Assembly (NCBI GenBank): GCA_963706665.1 | Contig: CAVPNP010000026.1 | Location: forward strand, 4,678 to 68,677 | Length of the DNA: 64,000 nucleotides | Direction: 5' to 3' | From: an uncultured Alphaproteobacteria bacterium | Lineage (GTDB): Bacteria; Pseudomonadota; Alphaproteobacteria; Rhizobiales; Rhodomicrobiaceae | Position numbers and translations under genes: made by a program | The notes under the pieces: generated by a model | The model's database searches: none | Told to the model about the DNA's origin: nothing | The model's input: only the letters and a program-made list of their open reading frames with translations | In this document: positions 41,396 through 51,723 of the stretch, piece by piece | Numbering within the stretch: the first letter of the stretch is position 1 | Layout of the letters: each line of letters opens with the position of its first letter

Positions 41396-42562
41396 ATGGC
41401 GAAAGTGCTGTGCGTGCTTTATGACGATCCCGTTGACGGCTATCCGAAATCTTACGCCCGGGATGGCATCCCGAAGATCGGTCACTATCCTGGCGGCCAA
41501 ACTGCGCCGACCCCAAAGCAAATCGATTTCAAGCCTGGCGAACTTCTTGGCAGCGTGTCGGGCGAACTCGGATTGCGCAAATTCCTAGAGGGCGCGGGTC
41601 ATACCTTCATTGTCACCTCGGACAAAGACGGTGAGAATTCCGTCTTCGAGCGTGAGCTGCCGGATGCCGATATCGTTATTTCTCAACCCTTCTGGCCCGC
41701 CTACCTGACGGCGGAGCGGATTGCAAAGGCAAAGAAGCTGAAGCTGGCGATTACTGCCGGCATTGGCTCAGATCACGTCGATCTTGCGGCTGCCCTCAAG
41801 CATGGCCTGACGGTTGCCGAAGTGACCTATTCCAACAGCATCAGCGTTTCCGAGCACGTGGTAATGATGATCCTGTCCCTCGTTCGGAATTATATTCCGT
41901 CCTATAAATGGGTCATCGATGGCGGCTGGAACATCGCCGACTGCGTGTCGCGTTCCTACGATCTCGAAGGAATGACGGTTGGAACGGTCGGCACCGGACG
42001 CATCGGCTTGGCCGTTTTGAGACGGCTGAAGCCTTTCGACGTGAAGCTTCACTACACGGACCGCTATAGACTCCCCGAAGCCGTTGAACGGGAATTGAAC
42101 CTTACCTACCACCCGAACGTGGAGTCGCTAGTCCGCGTCTGTGATGTCGTGACGATCAACGTTCCACTCCACCCAGAAACCGAGCATCTCTTCAACGATG
42201 CGTTGATCTCGAAAATAAAGCGCGGCGCCTATCTGGTGAACACCGCGCGCGGCAAGATTTGCGATCGCGATGCCGTTGTTCGCGCCTTGGAGAGCGGGCA
42301 GCTTGCGGGATATGCGGGCGATGTATGGTTCCCACAACCTGCGCCAAAAGACCATCCGTGGCGAACCATGCCGCACCACGGCATGACCCCGCATACATCT
42401 GGCACGTCACTGTCTGCGCAAACCCGCTACGCCGCGGGGACCAGAGAGATCCTCGAATGCTGGTTTGAAGGGCGTCCCATACGAGAGGAGTATCTCATTG
42501 CCGCCGAGGGCCGGTTAGCCGGTGCTGGAGCCCACTCCTACAGCGTCGGCAAGAACCGATAG
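41396..42562 (+). CDS. fdh: NAD-dependent formate dehydrogenase
   Basis: MAKVLCVLYDDP, ISQPFWPAY, GIGSDH, YTDR, GDVWFPQPAP, TPHTSGT. Confidence 0.95.
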   Translation: MAKVLCVLYDDPVDGYPKSYARDGIPKIGHYPGGQTAPTPKQIDFKPGELLGSVSGELGLRKFLEGAGHTFIVTSDKDGENSVFERELPDADIVISQPFWPAYLTAERIAKAKKLKLAITAGIGSDHVDLAAALKHGLTVAEVTYSNSISVSEHVVMMILSLVRNYIPSYKWVIDGGWNIADCVSRSYDLEGMTVGTVGTGRIGLAVLRRLKPFDVKLHYTDRYRLPEAVERELNLTYHPNVESLVRVCDVVTINVPLHPETEHLFNDALISKIKRGAYLVNTARGKICDRDAVVRALESGQLAGYAGDVWFPQPAPKDHPWRTMPHHGMTPHTSGTSLSAQTRYAAGTREILECWFEGRPIREEYLIAAEGRLAGAGAHSYSVGKNR

Positions 42563-42635
42563 GGCACTTGGCATACTTATGGCCGTTCGTCCGAGACGCC
42601 GGCTGAAGGGTGGCTGGCTTCCCAACCCCACCTAC

Positions 42636-43148
42636 TCAGCCAAGCTTCGGCTGAACGGCCTTCATAGCTTCAACAGCTAGCCAATGCTGGATTTCGTCGA
42701 ATTCTGCTGGTCCCATGATGACACGTCTCTCTCCGTTGGCCGCCAACAGCACCGTCATTGGCAGTTCGCCTTGCCATTCGGGATCAATTTCGAAACGGAG
42801 ACGCTCGTGAGAGTCCTCGCCGAACGCCCAATTCCTGGCATGGGCTAAACCCGATTTAGCTAAAATCTCAGTGACCAGCCGACGATTATGCGGCATCGGT
42901 TCCGCGTGCACAATATTGACGTTGGCATCGGGCCGGGTCGCGGCGAACTTGCCCCAATCCGGCAGCTCTACAAGGCAGGGAGCGCATGTTGCGCCCCAGA
43001 AGTGAATAATCGCGGGGCGCCCCTTGGCGGACTGCAAAATCTCCCCAAAGCTGCCGCTTCTAAACTCTTGCAGTCCTTGTTCGTCACCTGCGGATAGGCG
43101 GATGGGAAGCAATAGCAAAAATAACGCGGTGAGATAGCGAAGCTTCAT
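42636..43148 (-). CDS. TlpA-like thioredoxin-fold protein
   Basis: HFWGATCAPC, GELPMT; ATGA overlap with the upstream gene. Confidence 0.85.
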   Translation of the reverse strand: MKLRYLTALFLLLLPIRLSAGDEQGLQEFRSGSFGEILQSAKGRPAIIHFWGATCAPCLVELPDWGKFAATRPDANVNIVHAEPMPHNRRLVTEILAKSGLAHARNWAFGEDSHERLRFEIDPEWQGELPMTVLLAANGERRVIMGPAEFDEIQHWLAVEAMKAVQPKLG

Positions 43149-44398
43149 GATCGTGCTCCAAGAGGCATGAGCCGGTAGCCTTCCTTGCGCGTCATCCAGG
43201 ATAGAAAGATGCCGTGCTGGCCTCCTATGAGGAGGGGCTGATCTGAATCTCCTTCCGTTTGTGCGACTTCCTTGGCGCTGTCCCAGCTTTGCCCATCGTC
43301 CGAAGATGATTGCATGTAGATCCTGGTTCGCGCTCCATCGAATTCTTTCCAAGAAAGCCAGACGTCTTTCCCCGAGGCGAAAACAGCGGGCCTCGATGGA
43401 GCATGGTTGCGGTCGCCCAGAGGAAGTGGCGTAGAGAAGTGCTCACCTGCGTCTGCGGAACTCGCGTAGAAAATTCCCTTCCGGTCCTGTCCCGCCGTGT
43501 ACCATGCGACGTGATATTTGCCGCTTGCCGAGATGCCGACGCTTGGCCCTTGATGGGGGCAGACTTCGGTCTTCCAGTTGTCCACGCTGACGCGCTTGAC
43601 TGGCCCAGGTGTCAGCGGGTCGCTGAAGGTTGTAACCGCGTGGTCGCGGATGCTGCCCTCGAAGATGTTGCGGAAGACGACGACTGGCTTGCCGCGCTCG
43701 GCGAAAGTCACTCCGATCCGGCAACATTCGCAGGTGTTATCAACGGCGAGGCGCGTTTCGCCGACGGAAAGATTGCCGCCATCGGCCCAGGCAAATGCAA
43801 GGGCCGCGCCAGCATAGGTTTCACCTTTGGCCTTGGCGACGACCCGGTTGCGTTTGTCGAGCCATGTGAGAAAGACCTTCCCATCGCTGTCGAGAGCTAA
43901 AGCTTCGAAGCGCTGACTCTCCTTGTCGGTTGTGATGGGAGCGGGCTCCGAGAAGGTTTCGCCCCCATCTTGCGACGCCGTGTAAAAGACGCGGCCATTG
44001 AAGGCCTTGTCCTGCAGGACCGTGAAGGTGATTGCGATCCGGCCATCCTTGGCCACGACAATTTTGGGACGTGCGTCCGGTCCCCAATCGATGTTGAGAG
44101 GGTCTTTATTCAGAGCTTTGCGCGGTCCAAAGCTTCGGCCTTGATCGCCTGATTTTGCCGCCGAGACATAGCCGCCAGCCGGCCAAACCAGCCAAAGCGC
44201 GCCATCGTCCGCAAATGTCGCGGTTGCCACGCTGGCGCAGGTAAGCTCCTGCCCATCGCACGCGGCTCGCGTGTGATGATGCTCATGTGAGGCCATTGTC
44301 TCGGCTGCGAACAGGGCCTGAGGCAGAAGGGGCAATGTGGCCGTAGTCACGATTGCGGCCGTAAGTCCGAGAGTTCGGATAAGACGTTCGTGTCTCAT
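43145..44398 (-). CDS. Exported BNR/Asp-box (sialidase-like) beta-propeller protein
   Basis: SxDxGxxF/W repeats, HEHHH, CECCR, CPHQGP. Confidence 0.8.
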   Translation of the reverse strand: MRHERLIRTLGLTAAIVTTATLPLLPQALFAAETMASHEHHHTRAACDGQELTCASVATATFADDGALWLVWPAGGYVSAAKSGDQGRSFGPRKALNKDPLNIDWGPDARPKIVVAKDGRIAITFTVLQDKAFNGRVFYTASQDGGETFSEPAPITTDKESQRFEALALDSDGKVFLTWLDKRNRVVAKAKGETYAGAALAFAWADGGNLSVGETRLAVDNTCECCRIGVTFAERGKPVVVFRNIFEGSIRDHAVTTFSDPLTPGPVKRVSVDNWKTEVCPHQGPSVGISASGKYHVAWYTAGQDRKGIFYASSADAGEHFSTPLPLGDRNHAPSRPAVFASGKDVWLSWKEFDGARTRIYMQSSSDDGQSWDSAKEVAQTEGDSDQPLLIGGQHGIFLSWMTRKEGYRLMPLGARS

Positions 44399-44407
44399 GA
44401 TTGCCCT

Positions 44408-46861
44408 CTAAAATTCCATTTTCATGCCGGTAACGAATGTTCGCGGCGCGCCTGCGTAGATGGAGCCTGTGGAATTCGCGAGCACGTTCGTCAGATTTTG
44501 GGCTCCAGTAGATGAGCTGATGGTGTTCGTGATGTTGTTCGCTGAAGCGATATAGGTCTTATCAAAGATGTTCCTGACCTCAAAAAAGACGCCGAGACGC
44601 GAAACCCAGTTGCTCTCGACCTTTACGTTATAGTGGAGGTTGAAATTGACGAGATCATAGCCGGGGGCCTTCAGGAGGTTCGCGTTATCCATAAAAAACG
44701 CGTCCTTCCATTGATACTCAAGGAAGCCGCCAAAGCCTTTCCATGGCCCATCGACCTCGTCATATCTCAATTGTGCCGTCAGCTCGTTCGGGGAAACGCC
44801 TGGGATCTTGTTCCCGGCTCTATCGAATGCCGTTGATAGTTTGCCTGCGCTGAGGCGCTCAACATAATCCGTGTAATACTGGTCGTTGAGGCTATAGACG
44901 CCTGTCAATCGCCATTCCGGGGTAAGTCCGACTTCGGCGGCAACCTCTATGCCGCGATGTTCAGAAGCCGGGGCATTGAAGGTAAAGGACTGGAGGTTGG
45001 CGCCAGCCGATTGGCTGACAAGTTCATTTTCGAAAAATTCATAGAAGCCCGTGACACTCAGCTTCGTGGCTTTCGTTGGGCGCCAATCGACGCCGAGGTC
45101 GTATCCGGTGTTTGTCTGTGGCTTCAGCTGCGTGTTATCGCCAGGAATGCCTGCCTGCGTTACAAACAAATTCCCAATTTGCGGCGTGCCGTAGGCGGTC
45201 GCGACACGCGCGCGAAGCTGCCACTCCTCTGCGGGGCGGTAGATAAGTGCTCCCTCTTTGGCGCTATTGAGAAATTCTTTATCGGCCGCGACCTTATTTA
45301 CTGTGGTGATTTCTCCATTCTGACCACTAAAGCTAAAGGCGCTGCTAACGCCGGTCAGACTTGTTGTTTCGAGATCGGCCCCGGCGACTACGGTCCAGTA
45401 TCTATTGAGGTCGATTTCTTCCCGCGCTCGGATGCCGCCGTTGGAAGTGGTGCTAGACACGTTCGCCGAACGGCGCCCGAGAGTGGCGTCGCCGCCTGGT
45501 TTCAGATTGAACGTGTCGCTGGAGGATGTGAGGGTGTTGTAAAAGACGCCCACGAGATGGGTGGCGTTGAAGCCAAAGATACCGCTACGGTTAATGAGAT
45601 CGCTGCTCACATTGTAGGAGGGGAAGTCTCCGACCGCGCTTGTCGCGCCGGTTGGCTGATTGATGTCGCGGTCGTCGAAAACGAATTGCGTCCGCCAGAC
45701 TGTGTTGTTGCCGAAATCATGTTCCCACCGCGTTCCAAGGATGGTACGCCGGTCGTCCCGATGCAACCCGGCTTCCGCTGCTGTTTGCGCAACGGTTGGA
45801 GCAACGGTTTGGCCATTTATTTGGGTTGCGAAGCCATTCACCAAGAGATTGACCGTGCCGCAGCCCGCTGCCGCAGTCGCTGCGTGTTCGCATCCGACTT
45901 GATACGGGTTGGTTTTATATTGGTTCAGCGACAGCCGAACCGGGAGCTGGGTGAAAAGCTGATTGTCGATCACCTTGACGGTGATCTTGTCGTTGGGTGT
46001 CACGTCTACCGAAATGAGGGCATTGATCGTCTGCGTGTTGAATGCGCTGTAGCCAAGGAAGCCGTCGCCTCTAACATCGCTGGCAAAAACCGACGCTTCG
46101 AATGCGCCACTCTTGCCGCCTGCAATCAGGTAGTTATTCAAATAGCCATTGCTACCAGCTTCAACACCGTAAGCGCCGCCATTGATCTCGCCGCCGGTGC
46201 GCGTGCGAAAGTTGATCGCTCCTCCAGTGGCGTAGTTTCCGAAAAGCACTGAAGAAGGCCCGCGATACACATCAACGCCAGCATAGGCGTGGGGGTCTGT
46301 AAGATCGGTTCGCGAAAGCCCATCCGGTTGCGTTACGGGGAACCCGTCTTCAAAGACTTGGATATTGCGGACGCCAAAACCATTCCGAGCATTCGAGCCG
46401 CGTATTGATAAGCCGATATCGCGAGGACCGTTGCCCTGCTTAACGGATACGCCCGGGCTGTCTTTCACAAGATCGCCTACGGAAAACACCGGTTCGCTTC
46501 CGGCAGCCGCAGCCGCACCGTTCAAATTCGTTACCGTTTGTCCGGTCGGATTGGATAGGCCGCTCGGCGCTTGCTTCAATTGGATAGCAGGCGCAGGCGA
46601 GGCCTGTGCTGCAGCCGGCGCTGGAGCCTGCGAAGTCCCAGTATTTTTCTTCGCTGTCTTCGCCTTTTTGGACTCGCTGGGAGCCTTAACGACAATTGGC
46701 GGTATCTTGACGCCTGGGTCGGCGGAATTCGCCGTTGGTTGCTGAGCGTTTTGAGCCTGCGCTGGAAAATTGGCTATGACTGCAAGTGCGGATGTAAGCG
46801 CGAATGCGCACGTCTTTTGCCCGAAAGACGCGAGAACGCGCCTCGTTGAAGAGGTATTCAT
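44408..46861 (-). CDS. TonB-dependent receptor
   Basis: Signal peptide, plug SIRG..DGFP..YRGPSSVLFG..GGAINF, NIFDKTY, C-terminal Phe. Confidence 0.93.
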   Translation of the reverse strand: MNTSSTRRVLASFGQKTCAFALTSALAVIANFPAQAQNAQQPTANSADPGVKIPPIVVKAPSESKKAKTAKKNTGTSQAPAPAAAQASPAPAIQLKQAPSGLSNPTGQTVTNLNGAAAAAGSEPVFSVGDLVKDSPGVSVKQGNGPRDIGLSIRGSNARNGFGVRNIQVFEDGFPVTQPDGLSRTDLTDPHAYAGVDVYRGPSSVLFGNYATGGAINFRTRTGGEINGGAYGVEAGSNGYLNNYLIAGGKSGAFEASVFASDVRGDGFLGYSAFNTQTINALISVDVTPNDKITVKVIDNQLFTQLPVRLSLNQYKTNPYQVGCEHAATAAAGCGTVNLLVNGFATQINGQTVAPTVAQTAAEAGLHRDDRRTILGTRWEHDFGNNTVWRTQFVFDDRDINQPTGATSAVGDFPSYNVSSDLINRSGIFGFNATHLVGVFYNTLTSSSDTFNLKPGGDATLGRRSANVSSTTSNGGIRAREEIDLNRYWTVVAGADLETTSLTGVSSAFSFSGQNGEITTVNKVAADKEFLNSAKEGALIYRPAEEWQLRARVATAYGTPQIGNLFVTQAGIPGDNTQLKPQTNTGYDLGVDWRPTKATKLSVTGFYEFFENELVSQSAGANLQSFTFNAPASEHRGIEVAAEVGLTPEWRLTGVYSLNDQYYTDYVERLSAGKLSTAFDRAGNKIPGVSPNELTAQLRYDEVDGPWKGFGGFLEYQWKDAFFMDNANLLKAPGYDLVNFNLHYNVKVESNWVSRLGVFFEVRNIFDKTYIASANNITNTISSSTGAQNLTNVLANSTGSIYAGAPRTFVTGMKMEF

Positions 46862-46959
46862 GAGATATCTCGATTATTAGGATTGCATCTGACCACAGCT
46901 ATGCGCTCAGCCGCCCAGATGGCCGAGGTCGAATAACTGCCTATGAAAACTGCTTGTTG

Positions 46960-47343
46960 TTAGATGCGAGAGGGAGGTCCACGGCTCGGCGGCAGCGAAA
47001 CAGCGCTGGAGGTCTTAGCTGTCTCGGCGAGGTGAGGACGATGGTGCTCTCTATAGACCCGTAGGTGGATTGTGCTTTCCGGCGTGCTCGCCAGAATGGC
47101 GGAAAGCGGACCGAAACCCACACAGAGAGGACAGCGCTTGTCTAGTTCGTCGTTAGGCTTTGGAGCTGAAGGCTGATCTTGATTTGTCTGCTCGCCGCTA
47201 CGGCAGATTGCGCTTGGATCGAGGCCTAGGTCTTGCTCCAGCGCGATTTGCGCGGCCATCACCGCATAGTGGCGCGCAGTCAACCCTGCGTGCAAAAGCA
47301 CGCTGATCGCGACCAAAAAGCTGATGAGTGCCCGGCGACGCAT
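46960..47343 (-). CDS. DUF2946-family protein (CxxC plus RGPP)
   Basis: Signal-like N-terminus, AIC, CPLC, C-terminal LPPSRGPP; directly upstream of the TonB receptor. Confidence 0.8.
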   Translation of the reverse strand: MRRRALISFLVAISVLLHAGLTARHYAVMAAQIALEQDLGLDPSAICRSGEQTNQDQPSAPKPNDELDKRCPLCVGFGPLSAILASTPESTIHLRVYREHHRPHLAETAKTSSAVSLPPSRGPPSRI

Positions 47344-47508
47344 ACTACCCCCAACCCCAAGCGGTTTAGAGCCGAGGTCGAGGTTTTGCAACTGAATTTG
47401 ACACGGTGCAGAAATATAGACAGGGAGCCTGATTTCGCCGAGGGCGGAAAACCTGCTAAAGTCTCGTCCGCCAAGCAGGAATAGAGCGTACCTGCGTCCC
47501 ACGCACCT

Positions 47509-48192
47509 CTACGGGAGAAGCTTCTCTTCTCCATGATCGTCGACGGTTGAGATGCGATTGACGGCAATCACAGCCTGCGTCCGGCTATCGACGCCGAGCT
47601 TCTGCAAGATAGCCGACACGTGGGCCTTAACCGTGGCTTCGGAGACGCCAAGTTCGTAGGCGATCTGCTTGTTAAGCAATCCCTGCCCCAGCATCGACAA
47701 AACGCGCACCTGTTGGGCGGTCAGTGTCGCGAGCCTCGTTGCAAGATCGGCGAGATCATCGCCGTCACCATCGCGCTGCGCATCGGGCGGAAACCAGATG
47801 CCGCCATCGAGGACGGTCTTAACTGCCGCTCTTATCTCATTCACCGGAAGAGATTTTGGAATAAAGCCCGACGCGCCGAGATTTAGGCAGCGCCTGACCA
47901 TGCCAGCGTTCTCGCTCGCCGAGACTATGACCACGGGGATCTGAGGACTTTGGCTGCGAAGATACATAAGGCCTGTCAAGCCTGACAAAGAGGCAGCGCT
48001 TTGCTCGCCGGGCATTTTGAGATCCAAAAGCACGAGATCCACATTGGGATCGCTGGCAATTGCATCAAGCAATTTCTCAACGGAGCCCACCTCCGTTATC
48101 GTAACATAGGGCAATGCCGAATTTAGCGTTTGTTTTAATGCGTCGCGAAAGAGTGGATGGTCGTCCGCAATGATGACATGATGGGAGTTCAT
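47509..48192 (-). CDS. NarL/LuxR-family response regulator
   Basis: ADDH, LLDLKMP, FIPKS, NKQIAYELGVSEATVKAH. Confidence 0.93.
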   Translation of the reverse strand: MNSHHVIIADDHPLFRDALKQTLNSALPYVTITEVGSVEKLLDAIASDPNVDLVLLDLKMPGEQSAASLSGLTGLMYLRSQSPQIPVVIVSASENAGMVRRCLNLGASGFIPKSLPVNEIRAAVKTVLDGGIWFPPDAQRDGDGDDLADLATRLATLTAQQVRVLSMLGQGLLNKQIAYELGVSEATVKAHVSAILQKLGVDSRTQAVIAVNRISTVDDHGEEKLLP

Positions 48193-48382
48193 TTCTTAGG
48201 CTCAAATGTGTGAGTGCGGGTCTGCGCTTGATTCGGCACGTGGTCTTCCCTGTTACCTTATGGGCGCCTCGCCACGTCTGTCACCCATGTTAAGCCGAGC
48301 CTGCGCACACGAAATCCTGAGAGGGCATTGAACCTCTGGCGGAGTAATTTAGTGCATCAATATTACCAGAGATTGCAAATCT

Positions 48383-48643
48383 ATGTCTGATGATGACGTT
48401 AAGCAAGCCTATTGGACACGGATGCGGCGTCTGACGCAGGCTATGACGCTTCTCCTTGTGGCGTGCACGATGATACTGCCACTCTTTATGCCAGCACTCA
48501 ACGCTTACCGTTTTTTGAGATTTCCGCTGGGATATTTTCTCGTGGCGCAGGTGGCAATTATTGCGGTTGGTATTCTCCTTTATGCATTCTTCGCCGGTCA
48601 GGAGAAAAGTGATCGCGCCTACAACATGACAATCCAATTCTGA
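48383..48643 (+). CDS. Small membrane subunit of sodium:solute symporter (DUF4212-like)
   Basis: AYW, FPLGYFLVAQ; immediately precedes the symporter. Confidence 0.75.
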   Translation: MSDDDVKQAYWTRMRRLTQAMTLLLVACTMILPLFMPALNAYRFLRFPLGYFLVAQVAIIAVGILLYAFFAGQEKSDRAYNMTIQF

Positions 48644-48644
48644 C

Positions 48645-50516
48645 ATGACACTCAACTACAGCACGCCCGTCGTTAACCCGAGACTGGGTTCGAGCTTCGC
48701 GATCTTTTCCAGCACCTACCTCTGCTTGGTGCTGATGCTCGTGATCCTTGAGCAATTGGGCCTGGCCGCGGTGACAATCGATCAATTGATCGTGGTGACG
48801 CCCGCGCTCTTCTATATCGCCATCGGCTTCATGACGCGCACGATCAATCTCGACGATTTTTTCGTTTCGGGGCAGCGCGTGCCACCGTTCTATAACGCCC
48901 TCGCTCTGTGCGGCATGGTGTTTGGCGGCAGCATCCTTCTTGGAGCCATCGGCAGTTTTTTCTTCATCGGCATCGATGCGATTGCAATTCCTCTCGGCTG
49001 TTTCGCAGGTCTTATCCTGACAGGCGCCTTGTTCGTGCCGTTCCTTCGCAAGGCTGGCGCATACACCCTTCCAGGATTTCTCTATTTGCGCTTTGGCAAA
49101 GGGAGCTTGCGCGTTTTTGCTTCGCTTCTGATGCTCGTCCCCTGCATGATTATCCTAGTCGCGGAGATTGGGCTTGGCGCAAAAATCGCCGCCTATCTCC
49201 TGCCGCCGCCACAGGTCCTCGGCGTCAATCTACCCAGCGCGGCCCTCTTCTCCCTCCTCTTTTTTTCAAGCATCTTTCTTACGGTCGCATTGGGCGGACT
49301 GCGTTCCGCCACCTGGACGCAATGCGTCCAGTTCGTCGTTTTTTTGGGAATATTGGCGCCGCTCATTACCGTTTCCGTCATGAGGACGAATCTCCCACTG
49401 CCGCAGCTAACCTATGGTAGTCAGCTCGAGGCAGTGAAGGCGCAAGAAGTAGCCAAAGGCTTTGCGCTGGATACTCAGCCGCAGCCGCTTAGCGCGAGCC
49501 TGCCGCGCACCACGTCGCAGCCCGTTACCCGACCTGTGGAGCGGGCTTTCAGCGCGCTTCGCCCCATAGATTTTGTGCTTCTCGTGCTTTGCCTCGCTAC
49601 AGGAGTTGCCGCGCATCCGGCCTTCTTGCCGAGGCTGAGTACGACGCCCACGATTCTCGCCAGCCGCAGATCCTTTGGCTGGGTGGCTGCGATTGGCATA
49701 TTGGTTGTGCTGACGATACCTGCCTACGCCTTTTTCACGAAAGCGATGGCTGTCGAAGGCTTGATCGGCGTTCCCGCCTCCAATCTACCGACATGGGGCA
49801 AGCTTCTACAGCAACTCGGCCTCGTGACACTGCCCCTCAATCAATTCGATACTCTCAATACCGCCGGGCGCGTAACCTTCCAACGCGATGCCGTTGCGCT
49901 CATTCTGCCGGTCGCGGGAGGGCTCCCGCGCGTGTTTCTGGGGCTTGCTGCCGCTTCCGCGATGGCCGCGTTGTCTGCCTGCGCCGCCGGTCATTTGGTC
50001 GCAATCGCTAACACCGTCAGCGATGATCTCTATTCCAGCCGTCTCAATGTGTCGGCAACGCCTGCCCGTAGATTCCTTATCGCCCGGCTAACAATGCTCG
50101 CGTGCGGGGCCGTTGTTTTCGTGCTCGCGCAACGCCGGGAACTCGACCCGCTGCGCTGGGCCATCGCCGCCTTTTCCATCAGCTCAGGCACATTTTTCGC
50201 GGTGCTCGTTCTTAGCGTTTGGTGGCGCAGGCTGACTTCGGCTGGAGCATTCGCGGGAATGCTGGCCGGGTTTGGGGTCACTGCTCTCTACCTGAATATA
50301 GGCGGCACACCGCTCTTCGGCATCGACGCGCTCACCGCGGCGGCCGTCGGAATGCCAGTCAGCTTTGTAGCAGCGATTGTAGTGAGCCTTTTCTCCGGCG
50401 CTCCTGGAGAGTACGCTCTTGAAGCAGTCGATGAACTTCGCGTGCCGGCGGGTGAAACGCTTCAAGCGAGGATGCTACGCTTGGCGGCACGAGGTAAACC
50501 AATCCGGGCAGCTTAA
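48645..50516 (+). CDS. Sodium:solute symporter family protein
   Basis: FFVSGQRVP, PFLRKAGAYTLP, LGGLRSATWTQ, LSVWWRRLT..GA..GM. Confidence 0.85.
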   Translation: MTLNYSTPVVNPRLGSSFAIFSSTYLCLVLMLVILEQLGLAAVTIDQLIVVTPALFYIAIGFMTRTINLDDFFVSGQRVPPFYNALALCGMVFGGSILLGAIGSFFFIGIDAIAIPLGCFAGLILTGALFVPFLRKAGAYTLPGFLYLRFGKGSLRVFASLLMLVPCMIILVAEIGLGAKIAAYLLPPPQVLGVNLPSAALFSLLFFSSIFLTVALGGLRSATWTQCVQFVVFLGILAPLITVSVMRTNLPLPQLTYGSQLEAVKAQEVAKGFALDTQPQPLSASLPRTTSQPVTRPVERAFSALRPIDFVLLVLCLATGVAAHPAFLPRLSTTPTILASRRSFGWVAAIGILVVLTIPAYAFFTKAMAVEGLIGVPASNLPTWGKLLQQLGLVTLPLNQFDTLNTAGRVTFQRDAVALILPVAGGLPRVFLGLAAASAMAALSACAAGHLVAIANTVSDDLYSSRLNVSATPARRFLIARLTMLACGAVVFVLAQRRELDPLRWAIAAFSISSGTFFAVLVLSVWWRRLTSAGAFAGMLAGFGVTALYLNIGGTPLFGIDALTAAAVGMPVSFVAAIVVSLFSGAPGEYALEAVDELRVPAGETLQARMLRLAARGKPIRAA

Positions 50517-50522
50517 AGGGCT

Positions 50523-51530
50523 ATGATGCGCAATAGCGATTCTCAAAATATTGATGTTACTGTGCCGTCAAAAAGCCGGCAGGGCCTATTCCCGGAGATA
50601 GCGCCCTATCGCACGGGCTGGCTTAAGGTGTCGAAGACGCATGACATCTATTTCGAGGAGTGCGGTTCTCCCACTGGCAAGCCTGTGGTTATGGTGCATG
50701 GCGGCCCCGGCGGCGGCTCGAACCCAACCATGCGGCGCTATCACGATCCCGCCCGCTATCGCATAATTCTCTTCGATCAACGCGGCTGCGGCAAGTCCAC
50801 TCCGCACGCATCGCTCGAAGATAACACCACCTGGGATCTCGTCGCCGATATGGAGCGGCTTCGCGAGCATCTCGGAATCGAGACTTGGCAATTATGCGGC
50901 GGCTCCTGGGGATCGACGCTTTCGCTAGCCTATGCGCAGACCCATCCAAATCGAGTCGCGGAGCTTGTGCTGCGCGGCATTTTCCTTCTGCGCAAATCCG
51001 AGATCGACTGGTTCTACCAGGAGGGATGCAGTTGGATTTTCCCCGACGCCTTTGAAAAATTCACGGATGCTATACCGGAAGCCGAGCGGCATAATCTGCT
51101 CGAGGCTTATCACCGGCGTCTGATTTTCGGAGACAAGAAAACTCAGCTTGCTGCGGCACATACGTGGAGCATATGGGAAGGCACCACCCTCTCACTTCTG
51201 CACGATAATGAGCGCGTTCAGAGATTTGGCAGCGACAGTTTCGCCTTGGCCTTTGCGCGGATCGAATGCCACTACTTCGTCAATCGCGGATTCCTGCAAA
51301 CAGACGGCCAGCTTCTCCGCGACGTGCACAAGATGGCTCATATCCCAGGCATCATCATTCATGGCCGCTACGATGTGGTGACGCCGCTTAAAAATGCGTG
51401 GGACCTTGCCAAGGCTTGGCCTAAGGCGGAGCTGCGTATCGCGCCGGATTCGGGACATGCGATGACGGAAGCGGGCATCATTCACGAAATCGTCGCGGCG
51501 ACGAACAAATACGCGAACGGCGTTACGTAG
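50523..51530 (+). CDS. pip: Prolyl aminopeptidase
   Basis: HGGPGGG, DQRGCG, GGSWGS, HGRYD, SGH. Confidence 0.93.
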   Translation: MMRNSDSQNIDVTVPSKSRQGLFPEIAPYRTGWLKVSKTHDIYFEECGSPTGKPVVMVHGGPGGGSNPTMRRYHDPARYRIILFDQRGCGKSTPHASLEDNTTWDLVADMERLREHLGIETWQLCGGSWGSTLSLAYAQTHPNRVAELVLRGIFLLRKSEIDWFYQEGCSWIFPDAFEKFTDAIPEAERHNLLEAYHRRLIFGDKKTQLAAAHTWSIWEGTTLSLLHDNERVQRFGSDSFALAFARIECHYFVNRGFLQTDGQLLRDVHKMAHIPGIIIHGRYDVVTPLKNAWDLAKAWPKAELRIAPDSGHAMTEAGIIHEIVAATNKYANGVT

Positions 51531-51723
51531 CGCTCGCGCCGCCTATGGGCGGCATCTCACATAACGGTCGTAACGCCGCTCTCTTTCAGCCACGCGCTGT
51601 GCTGCGCAACACATCGAGAGCCTCGCATCCGTGATATTTTCTGGCCGTTCTGGGCAGGCCAGGAACCAACGGCAGAGGTGCATCTTGCTTATTTTATTGA
51701 ATTTATTTGATAAATTTTTGCCG

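Noticed and set aside
44957-46252. Long antisense ORFs (also 1839-2723, 11118-12182, 3085-3774, 54262-54915)
   Set aside because: Shadow frames opposite well-supported genes in GC-rich DNA, with no motifs
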